DNA of 63,976 nt, counting the filler, from Folioceros fuciformis (Eukaryota), in the NCBI GenBank assembly GCA_049999805.1. It is 23 parts of 23 records of this genome, joined end to end, with 100 filler letters (N's around TTAATTAATTAA, not from the genome) between each part and the next. Parts side by side here need not be neighbours in the genome. Positions count along the whole stretch, not along the records: positions 25,353 to 27,014 come from JBNGIO010006918.1; positions 27,115 to 29,056 come from JBNGIO010006919.1; positions 29,157 to 30,643 come from JBNGIO010006920.1; positions 30,744 to 32,147 come from JBNGIO010006921.1; positions 32,248 to 34,183 come from JBNGIO010006922.1; positions 34,284 to 39,886 come from JBNGIO010006923.1; 17 more parts are not named here. One strand, written 5' to 3'. Under the pieces are notes generated by a model. It was not told the origin of the DNA and made no database searches. It was given only the letters and a program-made list of their open reading frames with translations. How positions within the stretch are numbered: position 1 is the stretch's first letter; each line of letters starts with the position of its first letter. A program made the translations under genes and the position numbers. Below, piece after piece: positions 26,048 through 39,015 of this stretch.

Positions 26048-27114
26048 GAGACTGCAGGCAAAGAGAGAGAGACAGCTATGGCAAACAACGCAGGTTGCCT
26101 GCCTGCCTTTCTTCCTTTCTTCCTCCCTGCCCTTCCTCCTCCTCCTCCTTGTACCTCTGTCTCTCCCTCACCGCAGATCCATCATGTAACATGAAGGTGC
26201 ACGATCACACCACCTCAGTCACAACCGTCTGCTACGCATAGGCGTGTCAGCATGGTGGCTATGGTTTCCGGCCTCTCTGATCTTGTCGCTAGAGAACTCA
26301 GCCCTGGGGATCGACCGAACTCGAGAAGCTGGAGCCTGCGCCACCTAGGAATGCACTTGTTGCTGTAGAATGCTAGGCTATTAGACCAAAAATTCTCTTG
26401 GCAGTTTCATTTTTTTTTTTCCTTGTGTGATCCTCTTCAGTGAACATCTAGTGTCTGTTCGAACTTTGCCCAAACCAGCATACCTTCATGACTCCTTTCT
26501 AGTACTCTAGGAAGGATTGAAGGAATGCTGCTTTCTTCTCTTCCCTTCCCTTGCCATTCCATGGTCCCCTGTTGCAAAGCAGGTGTGTTCACGCAGGAAG
26601 GTGAGAGCCTGGTTAGGTTGTAGGTAGTAGTACTTTGATCAGCCAGTTTTCTGTCGTGAAAATTTGCTGACTCTGTGAATAATCTTGCGGGATGTTCACT
26701 ACCTTCTCTAGCTAGTAAGGTGCATCTGTACTCTTTTCTCGAAATGTCTGCAAGCTTTGCTACTTCTTGCCTTTGGCTGTGTTGATGTAATTTGCCCACG
26801 CAATGTCAATTCTTCTCCTCCCTCGCACACGTTCTTGGGACTCGCGTCTCCAACCAACCTGAAGGGGAGGGCACACTTCGTCCAAAGTGTGAAGCAAACA
26901 TAGACTGGACTCCTGCTCATGACAGTCTCCTCACTCTGGGAAGAGAAGGCTGCGTGGCGTTGCGACATGCACATCATATGTACGTATGTATGTATGCATG
27001 TACGTACATGCAAANNNNNNNNNNNNNNNNNNNNNNNNNNNNNNNNNNNNNNNNNNNNTTAATTAATTAANNNNNNNNNNNNNNNNNNNNNNNNNNNNNN
27101 NNNNNNNNNNNNNN

Positions 27115-29056
27115 GTAGTATAAAGATTACTAATACTAGTATAAACTATCTAAATAGTTAGGTTTATATTAAGTATAGTAATTCTAGAGCTAAAAGAGGT
27201 AAGTATATATATAATAAGTCTCTCTATAGTTCTAAAGATTAGTTTCTTTTTCTAAAGTATCTAAAAGAAAAGTTTCTTACTCTTAGTTTATATATTTAAG
27301 TATTATTAACTTCTACTACTTTACTTTAACTCTATAGCCTTCTTATAAATAGTATATATAGACTAATAGAAATTATAATTTAGTCTATTCTAAAGATATA
27401 ATTAAAATAGGTTTATATAATAAGAATTATAAAAAGATAGAAATATATTAATTAGTATACTATAGTAGTAACTATAAAAGTATAAAGCTTTATATAAAGA
27501 GTAAGTAGAGTAAATACCTAATATATAAAGAAATATCCTTATACTTTCTAGAGTACTAAAAGACTAGTATCTTAGTAGATACTCTAAAGACTATATATAA
27601 ATTAGTTTAGGCTATAATAAGAAGTATATAAACTTTTTCTATAAAGCTCTATATTATATACTATATATAACTAATATTATTTAAATTAAGAATCTAGTAC
27701 TAGATAAGTACTAGAATATCTTAGAAGAGTATTTAAAAGATCTAATATATAAGAATTCTAGATTTATAACCTATAATATATATCTACTATTAGCCTAAGC
27801 TAAGAAATCTTTAATAAGATTAGTATAGACTTTATTACTCGCCTTAATTATATAGATTATATCTAATAGTCTACTAGATATAACTAAGAAAATATAGAAT
27901 AAAGCTATAAAAGATTATAAGAATCTCTAGTTTTTAGGCCTATATAATTATATAAAGAGTACTAAAGCCTATTATATTTAAGGCTCTATTTAGATTAGCT
28001 TAAGTATTATTTATAGTCTAAGCTACTAAAATACTTTTACTTCTAAAATAGAGAAAAAGAAACTAATTTATATTAATAGTATATATAATTACTAATCTTA
28101 TACGCTACTTAATCTTAATAGTAGATCTAATTCTTTAATTTATAGGTACTATAGTTATTATAAAGCTTATTATTTCTATAATAAAATTATTAAATACTTT
28201 AGAATAGCCTAAAATTATATAATCTATCTTCTAAGTAGTTTACTTATAATTATACTACTCTTAGTAGGCCTTTTTATTATCGAGCGTCTATATATATACT
28301 AATATCTTAATTTTCTTAAATCTATAATTACTAATAGAATAATCTAGTATAGAATAAAGTCGTTAATTTTATAAATCGTAGTAATTATATATAAACTAGA
28401 GTAATATACTTTATACTTAGAATAGAAGAAAGATTCTAGAGTATATTTTAAGAAGCTAAAGTATAGACTAACTAATAGTAACTAATATATCTTATAGTAG
28501 AATATTTATTTAATAGTAATATAGCTACTAAGTTTATAGAGAATACTATAGTTAGAAGGTATAAGTTACTAGAACTTCTTTAGAGTACTACCTAGGTCTA
28601 CTAATATAACTAGATAGACTAGTAAGTAGTACTATTACGTAAATAGATATAGTATCTATATCTTTTTTTTACTAAGTAGAAACTATATCTATAAATATAA
28701 ATACGCTATCTTTACCTAGAGGTATAGACTATACTAGACTCTTTAACTAAGTTATAGAGTATACTAGAAGTTAGTCTAATATTATAAACTTTATATTCGC
28801 TTATAAAGATATTAATTATATTAAAGTAGTAGTAAGTTATCTTATTTTATAGTAAATACTATTTAATTAGAGAGAATTAGCTAATAGAAGTTCTAGAATT
28901 AGCTTATATAAGAGATTTAACTAATATTACCTAATAATATTAAAGAATACTTAAAGAGCTTTACTATCTAAAATATACTTAAACTTTTACTTAATTTAAG
29001 AGCTAGTATTAGACTAATATACTATCTTAATTATTAAGGTATACCTAATATTAACT
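27115..29056. mobile_element. RIP-inactivated repeat, probably from a filamentous ascomycete (foreign contig)
   Basis: Extremely AT-rich; CpA/TpG essentially absent; TpA/TAG/CTA saturating; a few CpG kept; no ORF of 60 aa or more. Confidence 0.85.
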
Positions 29057-29156
29057 NNNNNNNNNNNNNNNNNNNNNNNNNNNNNNNNNNNNNNNNNNNN
29101 TTAATTAATTAANNNNNNNNNNNNNNNNNNNNNNNNNNNNNNNNNNNNNNNNNNNN

Positions 29157-30620
29157 CCTCCCCCACCCGGTCGTGTAGGTGGTCCTCCTCCACCCCCGCC
29201 TCCTCCGGGAGGCAAGGGACCTGGTGGCCCTCCTCCACCACCTGCAATGCCAGGCAGAGGCAGGGGTGCCCCACCTGGGCCGCCTGCTCCACCAACCCTC
29301 CCAGGAGGACGAGGCAGAGGAGCAGCTGTTGGTGAGGCCGCAGCTCCTCCCCCTCCTCTACCCAAGAAGGCTTCCTTGAAGCCTCTGCATTGGGTGAAAG
29401 TCACAAGAGCAGTCCAGGGTAGCTTGTGGGCGGAGAATCAGAAGCAGGAGGAGCAAGCAAAGGGTCCTGATTTCGATATGTCAGAACTGGAAAGTCTTTT
29501 CTCTAATGCAGTGGCTACCGTGTCTGAAAAGACACATGCACGGCGACCTTCTGGTGGAGCCAAGCCAGAGAAGGTGCATCTCATTGACATGAGGAGAGCT
29601 AACAACTGTGAAATTATGTTGACCAAAGTCAAGATGCCCTTACCTGACATAATTAATGCTGTTCTAAAGCTGGATGAAAGTTTGTTAGATGTCGATCAGC
29701 TGGAGAATCTCATCAAGTTCTGCCCCACCAAGGAGGAGAGTGATACGCTAAAAAATTTCAATGGTGAGAAGGGGACTTTAGGAAAGTGCGAGTTATTTTT
29801 CTTAGAGATGATGAGGGTACCTAGGATGGAGGCCAAGTTGAACGTGTTTTTGTTCAAGATCCAGTTTTCCTCTCAGATCAAAGAGCTGCGTGAAAGTTTA
29901 AGGGTTGTGAATGACGCCTCGAGGGAGGCCCGAGAGTCTCAACTGCTGCGGAGAGTAATGTCAACTATACTGTCCTTAGGGAATGCCTTGAATCAAGGAA
30001 CTGCTCGGGGGTCAGCGGTTGGGTTCAAGCTGGATAGCTTGCTGAAGCTTACAGACACTCGTGCTTCCAAGAACAGCAAAATGACTCTCATGCATTACCT
30101 GTGTAAGGTACTTGATGAGAAGATCCCAGAGTTACTCGAGTATCACAAGGATTTAGCACACCTAGAGAGTGCCACAAAAGTCCAGTTGAAGACTATGGCA
30201 GAGGAGATGCAAGCTGTCAGTAAAGGTTTGGAGAAGGTGGAGCAAGAGCTGACAGCATCGGAGAACGATGGGCAGGTATCTGCAGAGTTTAGGAAGGTTT
30301 TGAAGGAGTTTCTGAACACAGCAGAGGCAGAAGTGAGGTCACTTTCTTCGCTTTATGCAGAAGTGGGTAGGAATGCAGATGCACTGGCAAGGTATTTTGG
30401 TGAAGATCCAGCACGCTGTCCGTTTGAGCAAGTGATATCCATTTTGTTCAACTTTACTGTGATGTTCAAGAGAGCACTTGAGGAGAATCACAAGCAAATA
30501 GAGTTGGACAAGAAGAAAGCAGAGAAAGATGCGGAGAAAGAGAAGTTGAAGCAGTCTCATCCAGCTGTTGAGAACGAGCGTGTCAGAAACTCTCCTCTGA
30601 AAAGAACACAGGTGGCCTAG
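29157..30620 (+). CDS. class II formin, end of FH1 plus complete FH2, intronless
   Basis: Poly-Pro with GRGRG, LKPLHWVKVTRAVQGSLW, RRANNCEIMLTK, LGNALNQGTARGSAVGFKLDSLLKL, YFGEDPARCPFEQV. Confidence 0.97.
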   Translation, partial: PPPPGRVGGPPPPPPPPGGKGPGGPPPPPAMPGRGRGAPPGPPAPPTLPGGRGRGAAVGEAAAPPPPLPKKASLKPLHWVKVTRAVQGSLWAENQKQEEQAKGPDFDMSELESLFSNAVATVSEKTHARRPSGGAKPEKVHLIDMRRANNCEIMLTKVKMPLPDIINAVLKLDESLLDVDQLENLIKFCPTKEESDTLKNFNGEKGTLGKCELFFLEMMRVPRMEAKLNVFLFKIQFSSQIKELRESLRVVNDASREARESQLLRRVMSTILSLGNALNQGTARGSAVGFKLDSLLKLTDTRASKNSKMTLMHYLCKVLDEKIPELLEYHKDLAHLESATKVQLKTMAEEMQAVSKGLEKVEQELTASENDGQVSAEFRKVLKEFLNTAEAEVRSLSSLYAEVGRNADALARYFGEDPARCPFEQVISILFNFTVMFKRALEENHKQIELDKKKAEKDAEKEKLKQSHPAVENERVRNSPLKRTQVA

Positions 30621-30786
30621 TGTACTGTTATATACATTGCGCTNNNNNNNNNNNNNNNNNNNNNNNNNNNNNNNNNNNNNNNNNNNNTTAATTAATTAAN
30701 NNNNNNNNNNNNNNNNNNNNNNNNNNNNNNNNNNNNNNNNNNNGCTGCGGGGGCAGGAGCGCATCCCGGCCCTCGGTGCATGAGAA

Positions 30787-32147
30787 ATGTCGCTTTTCCG
30801 CAGGTTCTTTTACAGGAGGCCGCCAGACGGGCTCCTGGAGATTACTGAGCGGGTCTATGTCTTTGACTCGTGTTTCTCCACCGATGTGCTGGATGACGAC
30901 AGCTACAGGGTTTACATGCGCCAGATTGCCAACGAGCTGCACGATCAGTTCCCCAAGTCTTCGTTTCTTGTTTTTAATTTTAGGGAAGGGGAGAGGAAGA
31001 GCCAGCTCACGGAGATCTTGTCGCAGTATGAGATGACTGTCATGGACTATCCCAGGCAGTACGAGGGATGCCCTATTTTGTCCATGGAGATGATCCACCA
31101 CTTTCTGCGCTCCAGTGACAGCTGGTTGTCTCTGGAGGGCCATCAGAACATCGTGTTGATGCATTGCGAGAGGGGAGGATGGCCGGTGCTTGCTTTTATC
31201 CTTGCAGCCTTCTTGATCTATCGGAAGCTGCATACCGGGGAGCAGAAGACGCTGGACATGCTGCACAGGGAGGCTCCCAAGGGCCTTCTGCACCTCTTGT
31301 CTCCTCTTAACCCTGTGCCCTCGCAGCTCAGGTATCTGCAATATGTGGCCAGGAGGAGCATATCGGCGGAGTGGCCTCCTCCTGATCGGGCTCTCACTCT
31401 CGATTGCCTCATTTTTCGTGTGGTGCCTAGCTTTGATAATGAAGGGGGTTCCAGACCGGTGGTGCGTGTCTACGGCCGGGATGCTAGGGTTAAAGGTGGC
31501 CGTTCCACTCAGCTGCTCTTCTCCACCTTGAAGAGGGGCAAACCTGCTAGGCATTACAATCAGATTGATTGTGATGTCGTCAAGCTTGACCTGCAATGTG
31601 CAGTGCAGGGGGATGTTGTGTTGGAATGCATTCATATAGATATTGAGACAGATAGGGAGGAAATGATGTTCAGGGTGATGTTCAACACGGCCTTTATCCG
31701 CTCCAACATTCTTATCCTCAATCGCGATGACATAGATGTTTTGTGGAATGCCAAGGAGCGTTTCACCAAGGATTTTAGGGCAGAAGTGCTGTTTGGGGAG
31801 ATGGACTCTTTCCCTCCCCCTGTCGTACCTGTCGTTACTCTTGGGGGTGAAGAGAAGGGAGGACTGCCCATGGAAGCCTTTGCTAAAGTACAGGAGCTCT
31901 TTAGTAGTGGAGATTGGGTGGACGGACATGGAGATGCTGCTCTCAGGTTTTTGCAACACTTCTCTGCAGGACATTTTCAGGACCTGGAGAAGCTTCTGCC
32001 CGCAGAGACCAACGGCAAATTGACACCCAGGGCACGACCACCGCAGTCGGCGTTCTCGGTTTCTCCTCCACCCCCTGCACCAGCCTTTGCTCCCCCACCT
32101 TCACCACCACCTCCGCCCCCACGAATTGGGGCTGCACTCTCTCCTCC
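30787..32147 (+). CDS. class II formin N-terminus: PTEN-like and C2 domains plus start of FH1, intronless
   Basis: MSLFRRFFYRRPPDGLLEI, MDYPRQYEGCP, HCERGGWPVLAF, MMFRVMFNTAFIRSNIL, GGLPMEAFAKVQELFS. Confidence 0.97.
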
Positions 32148-32247
32148 NNNNNNNNNNNNNNNNNNNNNNNNNNNNNNNNNNNNNNNNNNNNTTAATTAAT
32201 TAANNNNNNNNNNNNNNNNNNNNNNNNNNNNNNNNNNNNNNNNNNNN

Positions 32248-33200
32248 TTATTATGAAGCTTCCTTGGGAGCTCTTCTATAGGATATAAATACCCTATTGA
32301 GCTCCCTTGCAATATTGAGATACAGAGTGTGAGATCTGTCTTTCTCCTCTCCTCCTTGCTTCCTCCTCTCCTCCTTCACCATGTGGCTCTTCTAGCGATT
32401 CTTCAACACCTACCTACACTACTAAGATGGAAGTAGGATTTGAAGTCAATTTTTCTTGCATTTTTTGCGCAAAATGCAAGAGAAAATAAGTTGATTTCGG
32501 CACTTAGTTTTAGGAATCCACAACTTGTAAGTGGATTCCCAAAACTTGTATCCCCTCCTTCTATAGTTAGCATATTTAAAACCGTGGTTTTTTACAAGTA
32601 CCTTTACTTAAACAACCTCTTGGTGTATATTCTGAACACACATGATTTAAACCTTTTAAACAATATGGTTTTCTTCTCATTTTTGTCACTTGTTAATATT
32701 GCTTCTCTATAGGGACTCAAAGTGTCTTGGTCAATGATGTCCACCATAATGTGATTCACATACCTCCAAGCTCAACAAGAATTCTAGGGAGGATGAAACG
32801 ATGCCTAAGAGGTAGCTTGGTCAATGTGCAAAGAAAGATTATGCTTAAATGGACTTCTTAATGTAAATCAAGCAATATGGACAAGTATAACTCACTCTTC
32901 TCCCAGCTATCCCTTGGTAAGGTGTATGCATAGTGGGAGGCATGTTGTACACTTTTAGTGTGAAGCCTTGTCTCAGAAGACTTTCCTACCTTCTAGGTAT
33001 CTCTCATGAAGGCTTGGGTATCCTAGAACGGAAGTGCTTCTAGGTATCTCTCATGAAGGGCTTGTGTGAGGAAGAAATGCTACTCAATCTTAGGTTTTCT
33101 AATACAACATTAACTCAACTTTAAAATTTTGTGGTGGATTAGTAGGAGGATGGGTATCCCACTTGCTTGCCATAGCTGTGGACTGTCCGGAGTATGGTCA
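32248..33200 (+). mobile_element. probable degenerate LTR/transposon remnant
   Basis: TATAAATA then CT-rich tract ending ...TTCAACA near 32408 (LTR 3'-end-like), AT-rich, local 26-bp duplication at 32991/33038; no protein motif. Confidence 0.3.
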
Positions 33201-33669
33201 AAAGGAACAAAAGTTCAAAGAGGATGTGGATTTGGATTGATACGATTGGCAAGGTGCCAGTAGGGATTGGATGTGGGAAACCTTACGTGGCACATACTTC
33301 CTAAAACATGGGCCAAGAAAAGAGGCGGCTTAATGCGTGAGAGCGGAAGGGGCTGACAAAAAGCGTACTGGAAGGAAGGAAGGAACGGGAAGCTATGTAC
33401 TGTTGGGTCACACAAGGCCGCTGGAGTGAATCGGAGCTTAAAGTGAGATGTGGTTATCCGAAGAAACAAACAGGATTAGCTCAAGAGGGTTATCGTTGCA
33501 AGTTGTTGGTGAGGGAGAAGGCATGCGCAAGAGCAGACAAGATTCGTTGCGTTGACAGAGGGGTGAAATGGAGCAGGTAAAGTGGAGGCGGTGACCGCAG
33601 GTTGCACGCCGTCGTAACGGATCTCTGCGACGCAAACTCATCCCAGTTCCAGAGGGCCAGACACAGACG

Positions 33670-33780
33670 AAGTCCCAGTCGCAGTCCCAGCCCGATTCCG
33701 ATTCCGATTCCGGGTGTGAGTCCCAGTTCGAGTCCCTGTCCCAGTCGCAGTCCAAGTCCCAGTCCCAGTTCAGTCCCAGA
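33670..33780. repeat. degenerate hexamer array (AGTCCC/GATTCC)
   Basis: Direct inspection. Confidence 0.8.
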
Positions 33781-34672
33781 CAGCGCGCTGACAGGCAACA
33801 GAGATGCAGGAGCAGCAGCGGCAGGAGTCGGAGCAGCAGGACAAAGGTACCCGGGGGGGAAAAATTGGTTAACCTGACTCGACTGGCCTAACTGCTAACC
33901 GGAGCTCAGGTTGGTTGGTCCGGAAAAATTTGAATTGGCGGAGGCGCTGGCAGCGCGGAGGCGGAGGCGGAAGCCAGGCCCTGCTAGCAGCAGCGCGAAG
34001 ACCACAGCCCAGGCCAGAACCGACTAGGAGAGCAGAGGAGAGGGGCCGGGCGACCGGTCCCGGTCCTTCTCCCGCTCGCTCCCCCGCCCTCGCCCCGCCC
34101 CCGCCCTCTCCCCGCCCCCGCCCTCTCCCCGCCCCCGCCCACTCCCTCCCCGGTCCCGGTCCCGGTCCCGGCGTCCCGTGCTTNNNNNNNNNNNNNNNNN
34201 NNNNNNNNNNNNNNNNNNNNNNNNNNNTTAATTAATTAANNNNNNNNNNNNNNNNNNNNNNNNNNNNNNNNNNNNNNNNNNNNAGGCTCTTGGTAGAGGC
34301 AGGTAGACAATGAACGCAACCCACGCCATTCTTCTTGTGATGCAATGGAACGGAACGGTGCGCAATTCGCACGTCTCTGGTGATGGCAACTTTTTTCCGA
34401 AATCCCGCATCTTATTTGACTTGCGTCGATCGTCGGCCTCATGGCGCTGCCCGCACACACATCGCCCTCGCATTCAGGGTTTGTCCTCAAAGGCAGTGCT
34501 TGCCAAATTTGAACTTGTCGGACGACGGACGCTATTTTACGCTGGGAAATGTGCTAAAGTGTGCTCAAACTTCTTCCAGCAACTTGTGTGTTTTACGGCC
34601 ACGGGAAAGGAATCCGCGAGATTCTCCACGATGTAGGAGAGTGCGGTATCCGCCGCGGGGAGGCCCACGATT

Positions 34673-36040
34673 ATGGAGCGCTGCGTTGTGGCCATGAAGG
34701 CGGCGCAGTTGCTGTCTCCCTTCGCGGGTGCCGTTCACACTGCACCGTCCCGGCTCCAGCTGGGAAGCCACTCGCGCCTCTGGAACATCAGCAACAGCAG
34801 CACAAGCAAAAGCAGGAAAAGTAGCACGAAGTGGAGAGTGGAAGTTGCTGCTGCCGTCGTAGGGTCTGGATTTGGCGGGGACGGGACAGCCAGGCGGAGG
34901 GAGAGGGTTGTTTTCGCTCGGGTTTCGGAGGAGCAGGTTGTCAGTAGTAGTGAGGACTCCCACGACAAGGCGGGAAAGGAACCTCACAGGGCGTACCTCA
35001 AGGCGAGTAAGCTGGAGAAGCTTGTGTTGGAGGAGAGCCAAAGACCCCTCGGTGAGCAGCGGAAGCAGCCAATGATGTCTGTCTTGTCATTGCTCGTACT
35101 GATGAGCGCTACTTGCGTGCGCAGCGGAGTACATGAGTCTGCCTGCTAGCCAGTATTCTGTCCTGGATGCGGAACGCATTGAGCGAGTTGATGAAAACAC
35201 CTTCCTCTGCTATGTATACCGCCTCAAGTTCTTCACACTGGAGATTTGTCCTGTTCTCTTGGTCCGGGTGGATGAGAAACCTGACGGCTGTTCCATCACT
35301 CTTCTCGCCTGTACAGTGCGTGCCTGATGCCCACCACCTGTATGTGATGACGCAGAGAAGGCGGGCAAGTAGAACGGCACCTTGCAGCTCTAATGCAAAC
35401 CTGTTTTCATGACTTGCAGCTGGATGGCTCCTCTCCCCTTTCGACTTCAAAGAACGAGAAATTCAAAGGTAGGGTTTGCAGTTTTAGTTCGTTTGTAACC
35501 TCCTTCCTCGCTCACTCCAGAAACGATCGTCGAGCGATCTTATGTCCTGGTGATTTCGTCACGCAGCTTCCATGGTGAACGACGTCTCATGGAGGAAGAG
35601 TGAAGAGTCTGCAACAAGAAGTGAACTCCTTTCTGATGCCACGATTCAGGTAACACTAGCCTTCAAATTCTTTCTTGTCCAAGTCTCCCTAGTGTTGGAG
35701 CCCCATTTTATTGCAGTAGCAATTTGAGATTTCTTATCCGATGCAGGTAACACTGGACATACCCTTTGCCTTCCGAGCGTTCCCAGTGGAAATTCTGGAA
35801 AGCACCGGGAATCAGGTACTGGGCCAGGTGTTACGAGTCATGCTGCCCCGTTTCCTGGATCAGGTGTGCTGCACAACTCTTCCATGAGTTTTACTTGGGG
35901 GCTCCTGTTCGAAAGTGCACCTCTACTCACCATGAGTTCTCTACTCTGCTTCACAACTTCGTGTGCAGCTTGGCAAGGATTACCGTGCATGGGCTTCCGG
36001 GGACTCGTCGAGGCAGCCTTTGGGAACAGGACAGATCTGA
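34673..36040 (+). CDS. DUF1997-family protein with predicted plastid transit peptide, 6 exons
   Basis: EYMSLPASQYSVLDAERIERVDENTF.CYVYRLKFF..EICPVLLVRV...VLRVMLPRFL.QL.KDY.AWASGDSSRQPLGTGQI; Ser/Arg-rich N-terminus. Confidence 0.88.
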
Positions 36041-36424
36041 TGGAAGGCCCGTCAATCATTTTCTAGATCTCACATTAGCCTCACACATCGTCGACCCGGT
36101 TTTGCAATGCCAAAAGTGTGGCTTGTAACACTGAATCTTATTTGCACAGGGAGGGAAAAATGTCTTGGCTCATAGCTGCACATGGACTCGAAGAACCTCG
36201 CAGATGCCCAACACACTGGAATACAACGCTGTTAAGTAAAAAGAACTGCAACGTTGCCACGTATACTGAAACACAACGTACCCAAGTTTACTAAAATAGA
36301 GTACATCCATTCATCCTCCCCATTTTCGAGAAACGTTCCCATATGCTTAGGAACTGTAGATTGAAAGGCAGGACAACAGCTTCGTCACAGAAAGAAATCG
36401 CCAACTTGAAAAGCGTCACAACCC

Positions 36425-39015
36425 TCAACAGCAGCTAGGGGTCCCGTGCAACCATCTCTCGGACATGCAGAGCATCTGTCTGGGACTTCGATAATGGGCA
36501 ATGATGTAACCATCAGCACAGCCTCCGTGCATGAAATTATCGTTGTTGATGAAGTCCACTTCGCTACGTGTTCGGTTCTGGAACTGTTGTATCCATATAC
36601 CCATGGCCACATCCTCGAGCTTGAATATCTGCCAAAATATTATTTCCGAAGTTAGCTAAAATCACAATCTCAAGGAAGCTTCCGGGAGGAGGACAAAGTG
36701 CGAAAAAAAGTTACCTGCAGTTCTCCACGCTGGTGGCTATGTACAACGTAAGAAGCGATGTCCTGGGAGATGATGTACCCAGGCCCGTGCGCCCACGGTG
36801 GATACACGGCGTCCGGAAACTCCTGGAAATGGAGGACGAGGTAGACATTTAGTTTCCCAGCGTGAATTGGGCAACGAGTAGCACCAGTCAGGAAGGAGAC
36901 GATTACGAACGAAGTCAATTCCATACCTCCTCACTGACGAACCACTTGTCGTCCTTGGTCCTATGGGGTGTGGCCTCGAATTCCATCCGGCCGTAGAGGA
37001 TGCTCTTTTGTGTCTTTGAAGAGATTACGGACGATAACACCTCATCAACGCGGACAAATGTATCATCATCCGTCTTCATTATGAAGTCTGCGTGAAGAAC
37101 CTTGGTCTGACCATGACACAACAACAGTTCACATTCAGACAAGGACAGACAAGGGCAGGTAAATACGTATTCTGAACCTTACAAACAAAGGAAAGCAAGA
37201 CATCAACTCACCCCAATTATGCACACAGCAAGAGTCTTGAGCGTTATCAGATCGTAGTAATCGACAAAGGGCATCAGCTGAACATCCCCATAGGTAGACG
37301 CTTCTATGAGGAGCTCCTTGTTCACTTGCTTGGTTTTGTGCTGCAGGGGCCAGACAGGATGTCAGGGCCATCTTACTTGACAGTACTTTGGTCACAGCTA
37401 CTGAAAGGCGTTTGCTGGTGAAAAACTGGCTGATGTGCTCACCAAGCCTACGAAGAAACGCACTGCCACCTTTCCGGATTTCACCTCTTTGGCTTGCATC
37501 CATGACCTCCGAATGGCCATTCTTCTGTCAAAATTGTTGCTAGTGGAGAAGACTCCAATTAACATGGTCAAGTTCGAATTTACAGGCAGTGGAGATGCTT
37601 TCAGAAACTCTAGATCAAAAATACGGTCGAGGTCCTCGACGTATGGCAGCCCATTCACCATCAAAGAAGTGGTTTGTATATCACCTTTAACTTCTACGCC
37701 ACTAACCAGCCAAGGTTCCAGATTCTGCAAGAGAACCCTGTCAGATGCTGACAATCCACAGCTACCTAGAACGGATGTCAAACATTTCCAAATTTGGGTG
37801 AGATCCAACCTGTTTGTATGCGTAAGAGGTAATATGCTTGCCGTTGACAGTCATATGAAACCCTTCCAAGCCCACTCTCAGTGTAGCAGCGAATGGGAAG
37901 CCCTCCACAAATGGAAACCAAACCCTTTCCTTCATTCCCCTTTTTGCGCCGGCCGGCCACCTGCCTTCTCCAGCTCTCCTTTCTGCAATCGGCTGCCCAA
38001 CTTGACCGATGCACTTACTCAGGCCATCCACTGTGAAAGAGAAGCAGGGCACATGCCGCGTAAGAACTCTGCAACACAAGACTAAGACAAACGACATAAC
38101 ATGCGTCATGACGAAAAAACTCCACAAAACCTCACCTGTTCTGTTATCCTCCTTTCCCTCGGGTGCCGGACACCGGACCTCTTCTTCCCAATCCTTCGCA
38201 GGCGTCCAGCTGTTGTGAACTATAACAGAGGTGTTGGTTGAAAGGTCCCCGTGAAGTCGAACATTGTAGTGCAGAATGATGGTAGCCTTCTCTCCCGGCA
38301 GTCTCTCGCCGAGAAGATTGATTCGGAAGTCACCCAATAATCCTCGGGGAATGCCAACAACTGTAATTGACGAGTCCACCACCAAACCGCAAGGTATGTC
38401 CAACACAAATTCTTCCCGTGACAGCTCAGTCGTATTCAACGCACTCACGGAGTAAGGGCACTGTTTTACTGCATCATCAGCCGAAGGAGCTGACGCTTCA
38501 GCTGCCTTCTTCTTTTCCTGTTTCACGTCGTCGAGGAGAGATTTTGTGGCCTCTATCCAGAGAGGCAGCCCTTCTTCCATAGCGTTCATAGACTGTGGTA
38601 AGAACTCAGCTCGGTCAAGGATAGGACTCCAATACGGCCATACTCCTAGCATGGCACTGCTCACAGAAATGTTAGCCTTGGACAGCGAGATAAACTTGTC
38701 ATTGAGCTCCATCACCTCCAGCAGGTCGCCTGGTGTCAGTCTCGGTTTCTGCCTCTCCGGAGGATAAGCCTTCTGAACAATCTCATCACTTTGCACGTTC
38801 AATGGAGAGTCATCAGCAGCCCCTTTACGCAAAGGTTGTTCCGCGTCCGAGGATGCGTGCGGTGAACATGCCCCTTCATCCGGCCAGGGGACAGCTCCCC
38901 CATGCCACAGGTTGAGGAAATCTCTGCTCTCCATGACCCCAGATGCCATCATCCAGAGGGCAAATACCAAGGCAATTGTCAGCACCCCTATCAGCTTGCT
39001 CCTGAGACTGGACAT
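36425..39015 (-). CDS. GALT1: GT31 beta-1,3-galactosyltransferase with galectin domain (GALT1-like)
   Basis: N-terminal [83 protein letters not shown]. Confidence 0.92.

Noticed and set aside
30688-31974. 428-aa minus-strand ORF
   Set aside because: Antisense shadow of the formin PTEN/C2 CDS
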